Shown piece by piece: positions 1 through 9,600 of a stretch of 64,000 bases of DNA. Below the pieces are notes generated by a model, which worked only from the letters and a program-made list of their open reading frames with translations, searched no databases and was not told where the DNA came from. This DNA is from Macrostomum lignano (Eukaryota): positions 1 to 64,000 of the forward strand of contig NIVC01003699.1 in assembly GCA_002269645.1 (NCBI GenBank). Reading direction: 5' to 3'. Made by a program: the position numbers and the translations under genes. Positions within the stretch are counted from its first letter, which is position 1; the number at the start of each line of letters is the position of its first letter.

Positions 1-50
1 GGCTACGACTCGACAGGCTGGGTGGATGAAAAGACTTAAGAAAGGTTTAG
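1..50 (+). CDS. 3' end of probable retroviral-type integrase (chromodomain tail)
   Basis: Reads GYDSTGWVDEK, then DLRKV* if one A is added to the A4 run. Resembles the Maverick integrase chromodomain end (KW.GY....SW+...DL) and lies just upstream of the penton gene. Confidence 0.5.
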
Positions 51-87
51 CTTTTGCGCATCTCTTCTCATGAGGTTTAACATTATA

Positions 88-893
88 ATGCGAACTATTT
101 TGATTAACAGTGAGCATGCTGAAGGTACTCCTAGTGACTTTAATTTTTACTGCCTTCACCTATTTACTTGGATCGAAATGTGGACTATGAGGCAGGTCTG
201 GCTGAAATCCATCTGCCTGCTGCATGTTCAATGTTGACGAGCCTTACTGCTTCACTGTCTCAGATGGAAGAGAGCATGAGGCCCTGGTTCTTCAACCCGG
301 ACGCTTTGCTAGAGTGGAGGAGCTGGTGGAGCGTTTGAATCAGCTGCTGGCCAACTCTGATTCGCTATTCTTTGATGCAATGAGTGACAGGGAGTCTGAG
401 ATGGAGGCTGATGAGTCCGGCCTGATGGGCGTAGTGGCAACAGGGAATTCGGTATGAAGTTCGAAATCCGCAACTCACGAACTGTGGTGCACAACAACAC
501 TGCGAGAGCAGAGATGTTTCTCCCATCCAGCAAAATTCTGCATTGGCTGGGATTTGGAAACCAGGCTGTGAAAATCCAGCCAGGGAGCCGCGTGTCCGAG
601 CACTGCATTGGCTGCCGCGCACCAGCTTAATCAATGTGCACTGCAGTATCGTTGAGTCAACTAATTGCAACTTGGGCTCCCTGTTGAGAACAGTTGGAAT
701 GAAAGCCGGCATTGAATGGGGCAACTATCAAACAAAAATATTTAAGAAAACAATATTCTTCCCGATTCAACGAATCAGTCTTCTTCACAGCATTCGAGTT
801 CAGCTGCGTGACATCTATGGTTGCCCACTGATTGCCCAGACACTCAGCCCTGTTCTGCTCACAGTTCAGATTCGGGAGAAACGCATTCAATGA
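88..893 (+). CDS. Minor capsid protein (penton), split by four -1 frameshifts
   Basis: ATG at 88. Segments MRTILINSE..PSDFNF / LPSPIYLD..YEAGLAEIHLP / FNVDEPY.. / ..INVHCSIVE..LLRTV..SIRVQLRDIYG.P....VLLTVQIR match the Polinton penton pattern. Shifts near 149, 222, 445 and ~590. Confidence 0.8.
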
Positions 894-1279
894 ACTACCA
901 GCAGCTGATCCAGCAATATTCGGGGGTGAGGACAGGACACGAAAAGCCTGCACTCTATGGCTGTGGGAGCTTTCCGGGGATCATGACATACCAGCCTCCG
1001 CCAGCGGCTACATCATCATTCTCAACGCATAGCAATGTCAGGCGCAAAAGAAATACTGAAGCAAGTCCGAAACGATTGAAGAAGAAGAAGTACACCCGAA
1101 AGGCAACTGGTAGAGATCGCACCAATAAGAGGTGCAATGAAAGAAATCCGAGCAAGGCTAGTAGGAAAAAGCTTAAGAATAGGAAGACGAAAGCAAAGAA
1201 GAATGCAGCAGGCGGAGGAAAGCGAAAGCGAAAAGTCAGCAAGAAAACTGTGAAACGCGTGCTCGACTCTCTGTCATAG
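890..1279 (+). CDS. Small Lys/Arg-rich putative core (DNA-condensing) protein
   Basis: ATG overlaps the penton stop (ATGA); 129 aa with a very basic C-terminal half; LYGCG fits the adenain site (M/L/I)xGx-G; sits between penton and major capsid. Confidence 0.7.
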   Translation: MNYQQLIQQYSGVRTGHEKPALYGCGSFPGIMTYQPPPAATSSFSTHSNVRRKRNTEASPKRLKKKKYTRKATGRDRTNKRCNERNPSKASRKKLKNRKTKAKKNAAGGGKRKRKVSKKTVKRVLDSLS

Positions 1280-1281
1280 AC

Positions 1282-2565
1282 ATGGCTTACGGATTCAATC
1301 CCAGACTTGATTTATTTAAGACGCCTGTTCTACAAACCTGCATTGAAAAAGCTACTTATGTTGATATTCACCCAGTAAATTCCATTACTGCAAACTCCCC
1401 CATTGAATTTGACTGCCACCAATCTGCCGATGAATACACTGATTTGCTTAATTCTTTTCTTTATATTCGCTGCCGCCTTGTGAGACTGGATGGGGGTTTG
1501 CTGAGGGAGGATGTTCGAGATGGAGATGGCATCATCACCGAGCGCAGAGACAGTGACGTGCACCCAGAAAACTTTGTTTTGTCTACAGCCTTCTCAGATG
1601 TAATTGTGAGCATTAACCAGCGAGTGGTATCTGGTGGAGACCAGCTCTATCCCTACCATGCGTACTTCAAAGCACTAATGAGCTCATCTGATGCCCAGCA
1701 ACTAAAACTTTACCCTGCTGGCTTCCTGGAGCCGAACTCGGCAGCTGAAAAGCACACGGAGAGCCACAGGGAATCCCGATGGATGGAGTATGCGGGACCG
1801 CTCTTCAGCGATGTTTTCCAATGCCCAGTGTTTCTGCTAAACAATCTGCACTTGCACATCAAACTGGTGCCCAGCGATGGGGCCTTTGCCATCAGAAGCC
1901 CGAATGCAAACAACGCGGCATACCGCATGGAAATCTCTCACTGCATTTTGCATCTTCGCCGAGTCAAAGTGGTGCCCCACATCAGCCTGGCCCACGAGCA
2001 GGGGTTGACAAACCAAAATGCACTGTATCCCATCGAGCGAACTGAAATGCAGAACTTCATCCTACCCCAGGGCATTCAATCTAAAAACATTGAAGGATTC
2101 ACTCATGGAAAATTGCCGAAGTTCATCATGCTGGCCTTCGTGAGCCACCGTGCATTCAACGGTCATCATCACGCGAGCCCGTTCCAGTTCCAGAGCTTCA
2201 ACCTTAGCCAGTTGGCTCTAAAGAAAGGTGGGGAAACCGTGTGCCACGGTGCCTTCACACCTGAAAACAATTCCTTTGTAAGAGAATACTTACACTACCT
2301 GAAAAGCTGTCAATCTGCAAGCCACACGAACTCGGTTCCGTGGATCCCTTACCAGCTCTTCTCCAACAACAGCACGGTGTTTGCATTCGATCTCACACCA
2401 GAGGGAGCGGCTCTGTGGTACGGACAGAAGGAGGGCAACCTGCGGTTGGAGATTCGCTTCCGACAGGCTCTGGACGAAACGGTGTCCCTGATCGCTCTGT
2501 GCCTGTATGACTCGCTGATTGAGGTCACCAAGCACCGGGAGCTTTTGCTGGACTATTCCTCTTAA
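1282..2565 (+). CDS. Major capsid protein (double jelly-roll, Polinton PY)
   Basis: 427 aa uninterrupted. N-terminal LDLFKTPVLQTCIE..YVDIHPV.SI...SPIEF....DEYTDL, internal GKLPKFIMLAFV..AFNG....PF.FQSFNL and C-terminal FAFDLTP..GNLRLEIRF..L match the Maverick capsid pattern. Confidence 0.93.
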   Translation: MAYGFNPRLDLFKTPVLQTCIEKATYVDIHPVNSITANSPIEFDCHQSADEYTDLLNSFLYIRCRLVRLDGGLLREDVRDGDGIITERRDSDVHPENFVLSTAFSDVIVSINQRVVSGGDQLYPYHAYFKALMSSSDAQQLKLYPAGFLEPNSAAEKHTESHRESRWMEYAGPLFSDVFQCPVFLLNNLHLHIKLVPSDGAFAIRSPNANNAAYRMEISHCILHLRRVKVVPHISLAHEQGLTNQNALYPIERTEMQNFILPQGIQSKNIEGFTHGKLPKFIMLAFVSHRAFNGHHHASPFQFQSFNLSQLALKKGGETVCHGAFTPENNSFVREYLHYLKSCQSASHTNSVPWIPYQLFSNNSTVFAFDLTPEGAALWYGQKEGNLRLEIRFRQALDETVSLIALCLYDSLIEVTKHRELLLDYSS

Positions 2566-2570
2566 CTGGC

Positions 2571-3080
2571 ATGGAAGCAATTCAACTACTCCATCTCGCC
2601 AGAAAATTTTTGTCTTGCCGAAAATTCTTCATCATTACTTTACATTCACGCTATAAAAATGTATTGTCTTTGAGTCTAAAAAGAAAATATCGATCAATTC
2701 CCTTTGAAAACAAGTTTGTGTTTATCCTACTACAGCACAATGGCTCATTTGGTCATTGGGTGGTGTGCTATGCTGGGCAAGGAAATTGCATTGAGCTGTT
2801 CAACTCCCTCGGCTGGGAACCTGAAATTTTATCTGTGGTTTATAATTTGTTTCGAGAGATTAAAACAACTGGCTTTTATCTCCGAAGCAATATAAACAGA
2901 TTTCAATGTGCTAACTCTAATAAATGCGGAGTGTTTTGCATCTATTTTGCTTATCAAAAGTTGCTGATCAATCGGTCATTTGAGGGTATTTTAAAGAGTT
3001 TGCACTCTAATGAAAAAAATCATTTGAATGATAGAATCTTACAGAGGTTTGAAGCCAACTTAAGAAAAAGATGTCCGTGA
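2571..3080 (+). CDS. Adenain/Ulp1-like cysteine protease (capsid maturation)
   Basis: GHWV (His), ELFNSLG (usually YFDSxG), FQ....NKCGVFCIYF (oxyanion Gln and catalytic Cys). Confidence 0.88.
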   Translation: MEAIQLLHLARKFLSCRKFFIITLHSRYKNVLSLSLKRKYRSIPFENKFVFILLQHNGSFGHWVVCYAGQGNCIELFNSLGWEPEILSVVYNLFREIKTTGFYLRSNINRFQCANSNKCGVFCIYFAYQKLLINRSFEGILKSLHSNEKNHLNDRILQRFEANLRKRCP

Positions 3081-3109
3081 TTTTCTAGAACTATATTTAT
3101 GCATTAGAC

Positions 3110-3756
3110 ATGGGAGAAAAGCGAGTTTGCTACGATATCCGCCTCAGGCAGGGAAGCTGCATGATTGTCTGCGGGCCCACCAATGCAGGAAAAACAACCT
3201 TTGTCAAACACCTGATCCAGTACAGAGACGTCATGTTTGATGTGAAGCCTGGCAGAGTTCTGTGGTACTATGGGATCTCACAGGCAGGCCATGCAGAACT
3301 GAGCAGCCTAGGTGTGCAGCTGCGCCAGGGATTCCCCACCAACATCGAGGCAGCACTTAGGCCCAATGACCTGGTTGTTTTCGATGACTTAATAGAGGAA
3401 ACTTCAAATTCTGCTTCAATGCGAAATTTTTTCACAGGAATCGCACATCACTTGCCGTGCTTTTTGGTGATGCTGACTCAGAATATATTTTTCAAGGGAA
3501 AAGAGTCGCGAACAATGAGCTTGAATGTAATGTACTTAGCTATCTTGAAAAACCCCGAGACCAGCTGCAGATTGCAGCACTGGGCAGGCAGTGCTTTACA
3601 GAGAAGCCCGGCTTTCTGCTGTCAGTGTTCAAGCACGTGACCGCGCAGAACAGGGGAGCCTACCTGTTCCTAGACTTTCACCCATCAACTCCCGATGAGC
3701 TGCGAGTGCGGGCCAGAATTTTGCCCAACCAGCGACCCCATCTTGTATTTGCTTAA
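3110..3756 (+). CDS. A32/FtsK-like packaging ATPase, one -1 frameshift near 3555
   Basis: Walker A GPTNAGKT, Walker B VVFDD, LTQNIF, R.MSLN..Y..ILKNP, then RDQLQI..LGRQ..YLFLDF...TPDELRVR in the shifted frame. Confidence 0.92.
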
Positions 3757-3798
3757 GAAAGTGAAGCTTGTTTTTTATCGGCTATTGTTTTCATCGCT

Positions 3799-4722
3799 AT
3801 GGAAGTGCTTGATTCACATGCAAGTCTTTTTGCGGTTCTTGCGTCACCTAAATATACCGTGCGCTTCAAGCAGCTGTTGATAAAAAATTGTCCAAAAGAA
3901 GTGCGTTATTTTCTTGTTGAGGCCTGTCATAATCTCTTACAAAACAATTTATCGTTTTCGATCGATGAAAAAGCTGTTCTTGCAAAGTCAAAAGAGATAA
4001 TTCGAAAAATTACTCAGCAGAGAAGAAAGATAGACTTGTTAAAGGCTGGCTTCATCAAAATACTCCCGATTCTGCTTAAGCTGGTAAGAAAAAGAAGCAA
4101 AATGAACAAATTTTCAGAAATGGTTCTGATTTCTAAAGCAGAGTATGAGATGTTAGTGCAGAATTTGAAGCCAAATGAGACTAGCACTGACGCTGACTTG
4201 AAGCAGGCTCAGAAGAAATGCGATGATATCTTGTATGCCGAGGATTATCCAGAAGATGTGAAAACCGCCATGTATCAAAGTGCAATGCAAAGTTTGCTGG
4301 CCAAGCGCAAGCACGCTGGAAAAGAAGGATCACGAAATACTGAAGCCAAGTTGATGAAAATAGAGACACCCCAGATGAACACCTGGGAAGAGAAGATCAG
4401 CAAGTCGGTGCCACAGAAATTCAAAACCAGGGCTCGCAGTCTATGGACGATCCTGTCCACCAATCCAGAGCTGATTGGAGTTTGTGAAAACGGAGAGGTG
4501 GAAATCGCAGGCACGTCAATCCCTTCCTCAAACATACTGGACTTGATTCAGCACGCAGTGAGGGATTCGTCATGTGAGCGTGAACCAGTTGGGTGGAACG
4601 AGTTCATCGATTTGCTGCAGCAGAAAAAGCTTAATGTTCCGCTTTCGCTATTGGTAAATCAGTTAAGAAGAAAATGGCAACCAGCAGAGGGGGTGAACTG
4701 GAGAAAGAACAGGAGAGTCTAG
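3799..4722 (+). CDS. Conserved Maverick protein(s); appears to be two usually separate small genes in one ORF
   Basis: N-half ..EACHNLLQNNL....K..L.K.K..IR...KAGFIKILP; internal Met at 4102; C-half GEVEIAG..IPSSNILDLI....PVGWNEF..LL...NVP resembles a recurrent Polinton ORF. Confidence 0.7.
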   Translation: MEVLDSHASLFAVLASPKYTVRFKQLLIKNCPKEVRYFLVEACHNLLQNNLSFSIDEKAVLAKSKEIIRKITQQRRKIDLLKAGFIKILPILLKLVRKRSKMNKFSEMVLISKAEYEMLVQNLKPNETSTDADLKQAQKKCDDILYAEDYPEDVKTAMYQSAMQSLLAKRKHAGKEGSRNTEAKLMKIETPQMNTWEEKISKSVPQKFKTRARSLWTILSTNPELIGVCENGEVEIAGTSIPSSNILDLIQHAVRDSSCEREPVGWNEFIDLLQQKKLNVPLSLLVNQLRRKWQPAEGVNWRKNRRV

Positions 4723-4773
4723 TCAAGGGGTACGGGAGCAACACAGCCTGGCTGAAACTGCCTGGCAGAAAAG

Positions 4774-4781
4774 TATATAAG
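4774..4781 (+). promoter_or_regulatory. TATA box upstream of the DnaQ-like/TBP unit
   Basis: TATATAAG, 41 nt before ATG 4822, in the short gap after ORF 3799-4722. Confidence 0.55.
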
Positions 4782-4821
4782 AAGGTGGACTGACTCCGAA
4801 ATTTCGAGGGAAAGCTGCATC

Positions 4822-5672
4822 ATGAACTACATTGACTTCCAAGGATTCCCGTGCAACAGCACAAGCAAAAATTTGTTGTGAAGGAGTTGGCAGTTGTTCA
4901 AGTCAGAGCGGGAAGCTACCGAATTGCTCACCATGTGTACGCACCTCCGTATCCATGGGAGAGAGTCTCACCTGACATGCGAGTTTGCTACAGACAGCTA
5001 TCAAAGAGTCTGCACCAGTTTAAGTGGAATGATGGAACCCGTCCGTACATGGAACTGGCGGAAGACATTCTGAGGATTGCCAGTGGTCCGATCTGGACAA
5101 ATGGGGAAAGGAAGTCTATTTTCCTGACTGAGCTGCTTGGTAGACAGGTTTATAACCTAGAAGATTTGGGAGCACCCTCGACTGAAGATTCAGATACTGG
5201 CTGTGCAGTGAGAAATTCGTTGCTGCACTACAGTTGGCTTAAGCCAAAGTTCTGCATCAACTTAAGAAGCGAGCAGTGTCCGTGGCACACGAGCAGTAAA
5301 GTTGGCAGAAGCAGATTTGGTGAAGAAGTTGACGATCGAAATGAGCCCACCAGCTACAGCCCTAAGAGTGAGCAATCTGGTTGGCGGAGTAGATCTGAGG
5401 CTGGATGGTGGCAGGGGCGCTCAGCTACCTCTACGGGAACTGGCTCTCAGCATGGCTCATGTGATCTACCGGCCCGTCTGGCCCCGGGTGCTCATCAAGC
5501 GGATGCGAAGTCCCAGAGTGACTCTGCTACTCTACCCTACTGGGCAACTGAGCATCTGCGGTGCCAAGACCCACGCAGACGCCAAAAGGGCTGCCCGTCG
5601 CTTCGTGGCTATGCTGCATCGGAGAGTGCCAGCTCAACTGCTGCCTCCTCAAGCCATTTGTGTTCGGATTAA
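4822..5672 (+). CDS. DnaQ/DEDD-fold-like Polinton accessory protein; -1 frameshift at ~4850; true 3' end probably ~5320-5340
   Basis: MNYIDFQGF / ..FVVKELAV..H.Y.PPYPW...H.FKWNDG..PY...G..K..FL......NLEDLG.P..CPWH pattern. The last ~110 codons are low-complexity and overlap the TBP gene in another frame. Confidence 0.65.
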
Positions 5673-5931
5673 AACTATTACTGCTCATGGTAAATTTAAC
5701 TTCTGCAATGCTTTGTCCCTCACAAATCTTGCTGCCTCTGGCATACTGTCTTACGCTGAGTATGAGCCCGAGTCGTTCTCTGCTCTAATTTATACATTAC
5801 GTTATTGTAAATGCTTGTTATTTCATACTGGTTCTTTTGTTCTTAGTGGAGCAAAATCTATGAGCATGTTGCGCTTCGACCTTTCTACGTTACATAGTTT
5901 AATCAGCCAGTTTATCACCTATCAAAAATAA
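5341..5931 (+). CDS. TBP: Divergent intronless TATA-binding-protein homolog (196 aa core)
   Basis: Two TBP repeats: VSNLVGGVDL..LRELAL..YRP..KRMRSPRVTLLLYPTGQLSICGAKT..AARRF and YEPESFSALIY..LLFHTGSFVLSGAKS, versus canonical QNIV.TVNL..IRIREP.TTALIFSSGKMVCTGAKS..AARKY / YEPELFPGLIY..LLIFVSGKVVLTGAK. AATAAA overlaps the stop. ORF is open from TTG 5302; first ATG is 5341. Confidence 0.9.
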   Translation: MSPPATALRVSNLVGGVDLRLDGGRGAQLPLRELALSMAHVIYRPVWPRVLIKRMRSPRVTLLLYPTGQLSICGAKTHADAKRAARRFVAMLHRRVPAQLLPPQAICVRIKTITAHGKFNFCNALSLTNLAASGILSYAEYEPESFSALIYTLRYCKCLLFHTGSFVLSGAKSMSMLRFDLSTLHSLISQFITYQK

Positions 5932-6659
5932 ACAAAAAGTGTGTTCCGTTTGTTCTTGAATGTTTGCGTAAATTCATTACGGAAAACCGCATCTTTAAAT
6001 TATTTATTTTTATTTTAAAAAATAAGTTTTAACTAAAAAATTAAAGGTGAAATGAGCATAGAATAATTGAAAACTGGGAGCTAAAACGCGTAATCAGATC
6101 TCTCCCTCACAAAAACAGAAAAAGGGCATAGAACCCATTCCAAAAAGGTTCTGCCAAAAGCGAAATTGCTTAGATTGATACACGTGAATGAAGAAATTAA
6201 TTAATCAAACTCGACTGACACTCATACATGTAACTGGACCGCAAAATTACAGATAGAGGCAAGAAATTTCAACAAAAGCAATGCAAAGAAATGTTTTAGC
6301 ATCATGTTAAAAAATTAATAAATGAACATAAAACTCAGCAATAAAAATTTCAATACATTAAATTTACTGACTTTGCAATTTAATATTACGAGTAGAAATC
6401 GTGCAGTTACAAGGTACTGAAATAAAATTACTAATAAATTAATAGCTAGCATTAAGACTTCAGACAAAAAGTTCAAAAAGACACTAAAATTACGGTGAAA
6501 CAGGGGAGGCAAATTGCTGCAACTTCTTCTATCTGAGATAGCAAAATTGAGACAGCATATAATTTAAACGGATAAAGGCGAGTATATGTTTGAAGAAACC
6601 AAAGACTAAATATTCAGAATAAAATGTGTAGAGGCCGTGTGATAAAAAGTTATACTCAG

Positions 6660-9600
6660 TCACTTATTAAATTCGTAGTCTTCTTCCCGTCGCCGCTTTC
6701 GGGAGGCTGTAGCATTCACGTGCTGTTGCAGCTGCGACGACTCCGGATGAAGAAGTTGAAAATGGCCAAACGGGAGACTGTAGTTCGGTGCAAGCCAAGC
6801 GCGCTTGTCCTCCCAAATGCTTAAGGCACACTTTCGCTGCTGCAGCGTGAATAGCCTGTGTTGGATGCTAGCGATCCTGTGGATGATGACGGACATGCTA
6901 CTCAGATCATTGAAGACTCTCAAGTAATCACTATGCGCAATCTCCTTCTTGACAACACATCCTTGAATGCCTTTGGCTTTTTTCTTTTCAGCAGTTGCAG
7001 TGCTAGCGAGAAAGGAATACAGCTTTGGTCTCAAAAGCAACCATTCGAGATAGCGAGCTCCAGCTCCTTCGTCCTTGATGCAACCGAGGCGAGCTTTCAA
7101 TTCATTTGAGAACAGCGGGTGCTCAGGTGAATAGTTGGAAGTGTCAAGGAGTTTCTTTGCTTTTAGCAGTGGAAGAACTTCCGACTGCACATCCATATTC
7201 TGAATGCAAAGAAAGAGCGAGTCGGTGTCTCCACCACAGAGCCGAACACGGGCACCCTCTTGCTCAAGCCAAGGCTTCAATTTGTCGTAGAATAACTCGT
7301 ACATGATTAGCTTCGAATAGTCAAGAACACACTGGCCAATAAAAATCGGACGATCAAGCTTGACCTTAGTCTTCTGGAATTCAATTATGCTCAGTGAGTC
7401 GGTAATTATGATAAAGTTCTTAATGGATGGTTTTGAAGCCAGCACCTTTGCTTTTGCAGTGTTGGTGCAAATCCGAATGTCACGTCGCTTACGCACGTTT
7501 TCCATTGTTTTTCCGAAGAGCGCATTGTTTTTTAGTTTGTAGTAGTCTTTCTCGAAGCTGTTTGTCGCAGCAGCTCTTTTCACGCTGTTCATGTTAACAT
7601 AGTCAGCAAATATCGGCTCCTGTTTGTACTCAATCATTCGATTAATTCGTTTGATTTTCATTCCATGGCTCAAGTAGAATGCCAAGATAGCCGAATGAAG
7701 CACATAACTCTGCTTGTCATGGCAGGTGAGCAGAAGTTTTTCTGCCGAACGATAGGCTGCTTTGTCTCCAGTAATCTGCCTCCAAAGCTGTTGCATGTAG
7801 GCAGGAAATTCTTTGAATTTTGGTGCTTCTTTTTCTGGTGCAAAAGGCAAATCTTCAGTGGTGGAATGTATCTCTGCTGGATATAGAAGATCGACATCGA
7901 GCAGATAAGCAATTGGATCTGAGATTTTGAGCCCTCGGATACGATCCTCGGTCCACAGCTGTAGCTCATCTTCGGAAAGCCAGCGAAATCCATTTGCAGG
8001 TAAGTTCATGGTAAGAGCTTGACCGTAAAGGTTGTTAGCATCTACTGCTAGAAGCTCGGTAGGAACAGCTTGATCAGCGCCCTCGTCGTGACAGTCATCA
8101 TCATCATCATCATTGTCATTGCAGATAGTCTGATTGTCAGCTGCTTCCAAATTTTTTCTAATATCTGGAGAGTTGGCTGACACTCTGTGTATGTTCACAA
8201 ATGACATGCCACCGCGAATACCGCGCTCGAATGTTGCATACATTTGCGAATCCGTAATCAGCTCGATTCTGGATTTGAGAGACTTCAGTGCTGAAGCAAA
8301 AGATAATCCCGGGGTTGAAACGAAATGCACCGGATCAAGGCCATCATCACGAAGGCTGAGCTTGCGAAAATTTTCAAAGACATCGGCGAGCTGCCGAATG
8401 TCAAGCTCAAGGTAGCATAGCATGTACTCTTTCAGCGTTTTAACTTGGAATTCATGCCATGCTTTCTGTGCATGCCTGTAATCCTCATCACTGCAGTGGC
8501 TTTTAGTCAGAACGTTGTAGAATTGTTCTTTACTTGGCAGCTCGGTATCCTCAAGGACATTTGAATTAGTTAAGTAGTCGTACGGAAAAGTGCATTTTCT
8601 GAATAAAACTTCTGGAGACAACAGTGGAAACTTACTTTTTAGCAGGCTAGTGATGGTGCACTCTTCTTCTGGCAGGTTCTTGATCAGCTGAGCCAAGCTG
8701 GCGTTGAGAAATTGGTTAGAATCAATGAATTGAATGGTAAAGAACAATGGCTTAGTCTTTCCTCCCCTCTCGTACTCATCGATTTTGAAGTCAACTTTCA
8801 TTGAAACAAACTGCTCAGGATTCTGTGGAATAACCGAAATCCTCCATCCATCCATGAGATCCAAAGCCGTTGACATAATGAGATGAAGGTCATAGCCTTT
8901 TAGATTGTGGAAAACCACAGGAAGAAAGCGCCTTTTTAGACGAGCCTGCATGTTGCACTGAGCACAGGCTGCACCTCGGAATTCGCCACTGAGGTGATCA
9001 TGATCCCAGTGCTTTCCGCTTTCACTATCAAAGCCGCTTCCGCAGTAGTGACACGATATAGCGTCGCGGAAGCGTTGCTTTGCAGCCTCCGTTCTAATAG
9101 CCGTCTGATGACTGAACTCCGTGTTCCAGCCATAAACCTCTCGAGCTAGCTGTTCAAGGGACTGCAAGAAGTCAGAAACACACTTTTTCGGATTTTCACT
9201 CACAAATATGTTAACATCATTGTCGACTCCTATAGGTGATAACCCTGTGAGGCCTGCTCGGTGCACCACCAAGTAACCAGCAGCAACGGCAACATGCTCT
9301 GTCAGCTTTACAGTGCTCGAACCAGCTTCAGTCTGCTGCCCTGTGTGAGGTGCATTCAATGCCTCGAAGTCGGCGTACACAATGAATGGTGGGCTGATTG
9401 TCTTTTCCCACGCCGTAAACCGAAGTACATTGTGATCTTCATCCGGAAGTTCTTCCTGAACAAAAATCCCACCAGGCTCACAGATATCTTCACAGTGCTC
9501 ATCGAACGCCTTGCTAGTGTGAAATGACAGCAGACATCGCTCACACCACTTTCGCTGGTACAGGTGGGCTTTACTGTTCAGCAATCTGTTGATGTTCGAG

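Noticed and set aside
83-98. 16-nt exact match (TTATAATGCGAACTAT) with 56458-56473
   Set aside because: About one such match is expected by chance in 64 kb, and the flanks do not align.
5341-5931. TBP ORF as the host TBP or TRF2 gene
   Set aside because: Too divergent for the highly conserved host TBP, intronless unlike the neighbouring host gene, lacks TRF2-type motifs and is packed among element genes; a phylogeny is still needed.
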